Shown piece after piece: positions 58,261-64,000 of a stretch of 64,000 nt of DNA. The translations under genes were made by a program, and so were the position numbers. The notes under the pieces were generated by a model that was given only the letters and a program-made list of their open reading frames with translations, was not told the origin of the DNA and ran no database searches. Origin of the DNA: the human T2T-CHM13v2.0 reference genome, Homo sapiens; the NCBI RefSeq assembly GCF_009914755.1, contig NC_060931.1; one strand, 5' to 3'. The first letter of the stretch is position 1. The number at the start of each line of letters is the position of its first letter.

Positions 58261-60207
58261 GGATTCAGAGTTGTTTGCCCATGTTACAGAAGGATGCCCT
58301 TTGGAAATATTCACAGAGAGAGCCATCCCCTCCATTCTGTATACACCTATGTTTGCTAACTCGTAGTATAAAGGGAAAGTGAAGCTTTAGGTCCTAAATT
58401 AATGCTGAAATTAAGGACCCTCAAAAATACTGATGGGCTTTGTTGACTTGTTAAAGTGGGTCTTGTTTAAACGTGACCATATTGACTGAGTTTATTTCCT
58501 ATACTTACTTATAGCTCTACTGTCAGGCAGCCTCTTCTTTTATAGAATGTATAATTATTTAATTAATTCAACAGGTGTTATTGAAGGTCTTTTATGTGCC
58601 AAAGACTATTCTAAAAGCTGGGATAGAGCAGTGAAAAAAAAAAAAACAGCAAAGTTCTTGTCCTCATGGAGCTTACATTCTAGGGAGGAGGCAGAGTGAT
58701 AAAGTAAATGTGATACAATATAAGCAATTGCCAAATCTTGGTAAAGATAATTCAGCAATTCTTCGTGGTATTATTTCAGCTTTTTCATAAGTTAAAATTT
58801 CATACAAATTTTAAAAATTGCAAAAGATTGTGAAAGAAATTTAATGTTTTTTCTTTTTTTTCAATTAAACTGAAATTTTAATGTAACAAAATTAAATTTT
58901 GCAGCTGAAGCTGGGATGCAACTAATGCATTCTCTATGAGAAAATTTATGTTACTTATACTTACATTTAAAAATAAGAAATGCATAAAATAAGAAACCTG
59001 ATCATTTGCCTTAATGAGATTCTTTTTTTTTTTTTTAATCTGAGGAATTGCCACACTGTCTTCCACAATGGTTGAACTAGTTTACAGTCCAACCAACAGT
59101 GTAAAAGTGTTCCTATTTCTCCACATCCTCTCCAGCACCTGTTGTTTCCTGACTTTTTAATGATCACCATTCTAACTGGTGTGAGACGGTATCTCTTTAA
59201 TTTTTTAATTTTATTATTATTATACTTTAAGTTTTAGGGTACATGTGCACAATGTGCAGGTTAGTTACATATGTATACATGTGCCATGCTTGTGTGCTGC
59301 ACCCATTAACTCATCATTTAGCATTAGGTATATCTCCTAAAGTTATCCCTCCCCCCTCCCCCCACCCCACAACAGTCCCCAGAGTGTGATGTTCCCCTTC
59401 CTGTGTCCATATGTTCTCATTGTTCAATTCCCACCTATGAGTGAGAATATGTGGTGTTTGGTTTTTTGTTCTTGCAATAGTTTACTGAGAATGATGATTT
59501 CCAATTTCATCCATGTCCCTACAAAGGACATGAACTCATCATTTTTTATGGCTGCATAGTATTCCATGGTGTATATGTGCCACATTTTCTTAATCCAGTC
59601 TATCATTGTTGGACATTTGGGTTGGTTCCAAGTCTTTGCTATTGTGAATAGTGCCGCAATAAACATATGTGTGCATGTGTCTTTATAGCAGCATGATTTA
59701 TAGTCCTTTGGGTATATGCCCAGTAATGGGATGGCTGGGTCAAATGGTATTTCTAGTTCTAGATCCCTGAGGAATCGCCACACTGACTTCCACAATGGTT
59801 GAACTAGTTTACAGTCCCACCAACAGTGTAAAAGTGTTCTTATTTCTCTACATCCTCTCCAGCACCTGTTGTTTCCTGACTTGTTAATGATTGCCATTCT
59901 AACTGGTGTGAGATGGTATCTCATTGTTGTTTTGATTTGCATTTCTCTGATGGCCAGTGATGGTGAGCATTTTTTCATGTGTTTTTTGGCTGCATAAATG
60001 TCTTCTTTTGAGAAGTGTCTGTTCATGTCCTTCGCCCAGTTTTTGATGGGGTTGTTTGTTTTTTTCTTGTAAATTTGTTTGAGTTCATTGTAGATTCTGG
60101 ATATTAGACCTTTGTCAAATGAGTAGGTTGTGAAAATTTTCTCCAGTTTTGTAGGTTGCCTGTTCAAAAACAACATGGTACTGGTACCAAAACAGAGATA
60201 TAGATTA

Positions 60208-62726
<2,519 letters not shown>

Positions 62727-62946
62727 ACAATGATATCACATGGACACAGGAAGGGGAATATCACACTCTGGGGACTGTGGTGGGGTCGGGGGAGGGGGGA
62801 GGGATAGCATTGGGAGATATACCTAATGCTAGATGACACGTTAGTGGGTGCAGCGCACCAGCATGGCACATGTATACATATGTAACTAACCTGCACAATG
62901 TGCACATGTACCCTAAAACTTAGAGTATAATAAAAAAAAAAATTAA

Positions 62947-63384
<438 letters not shown>

Positions 63385-64000
63385 TAATGTTTTTTCAACA
63401 TATTTCAGTTAAACGTGGCTTACCTTTATAAACAGCATATTTATTTCAAGCTATAATTATGTTTTATAATCTGTAAATTTTTAGAAATTTTAAGTCTAGC
63501 GATGAAGCTTTCATATGAGAAAGTGCACATTTTATATATGTTTAAAATATTAATTTTTCATTAAAGTGTGTAATAACACATGAATAGAAAGCATAAATTA
63601 AGTCGTAAATTTAGACAAATATTTTGAATCATTAACTTTTTTTTTTTTTTGCTTATCTCTGAGTCTGTTAAGAGTACTTTGTTCTTACACAATAAGAATT
63701 GAATACTTTTTGGAAGAAGTGAGATGCTTTTTCTTTTCATTTTCTCCTTTTTTCTTTGAGTGTGAGTTGATTTTTTTTTTTTATAAGGTAGTTAGTTGTT
63801 CATGCTGCTAGTGACTTTACCATCATACTGAAATGTTTTGACCTTGGTAGAAAATGTCCTGTTCTTTATTTACTTAGGTCCATGCCTGAGAGATGTAGTT
63901 ATAAGGAAGCAAAAAGTTCAAGACTGTATCTACAGCCATGCTCACCATATCAAATACTTATGTTCTCAACTAACATTAAGCTTGGTATCCAGGAGCTCCT

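Noticed and set aside
57922-58382. Six overlapping ORFs up to 137 aa
   Set aside because: They arise from a stop-poor TA/TG microsatellite
63860-64000. Acceptor-like ttctttatttacttag followed by an open frame to the window end
   Set aside because: Only ~40 codons, unrecognised, and truncated by the window edge

Overview
AT-rich primate genomic DNA, almost certainly human because it contains a pre-Ta L1HS. It is intronic or intergenic, with no recognisable protein-coding gene; every long ORF is L1-derived or comes from Alu or microsatellite sequence. Much of the window is interspersed repeat: Alu J/S/Y, MIR, L2, old L1M, MaLR/ERVL/ERV1 LTRs and MER63/MER33 DNA transposons. The notable content is two nested retrotransposon stacks that can be resolved from their junctions and target-site duplications (TSDs). 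(1) 46.2-54.8 kb: a MER63 split by a 5'-inverted L1PA15/16-type element. That element holds a spliced-5'UTR (SpIRE-like) L1PA7-type copy with an in-frame ORF1-ORF2 deletion fusion and a ~335-bp 3' transduction, an L1PA5/6 fragment associated with a ~325-bp target deletion, and an MLT2A LTR. (2) 58.8-63.4 kb: a 5'-inverted pre-Ta L1HS with a short 3' transduction, inserted inside a 5'-inverted L1PA3 that carries a layered ~335-bp 3' transduction. I found no evidence of a new biological system; these are unusual combinations of known L1 mechanisms. Subfamily calls come from remembered consensus sequences, and boundaries of old repeats are approximate.
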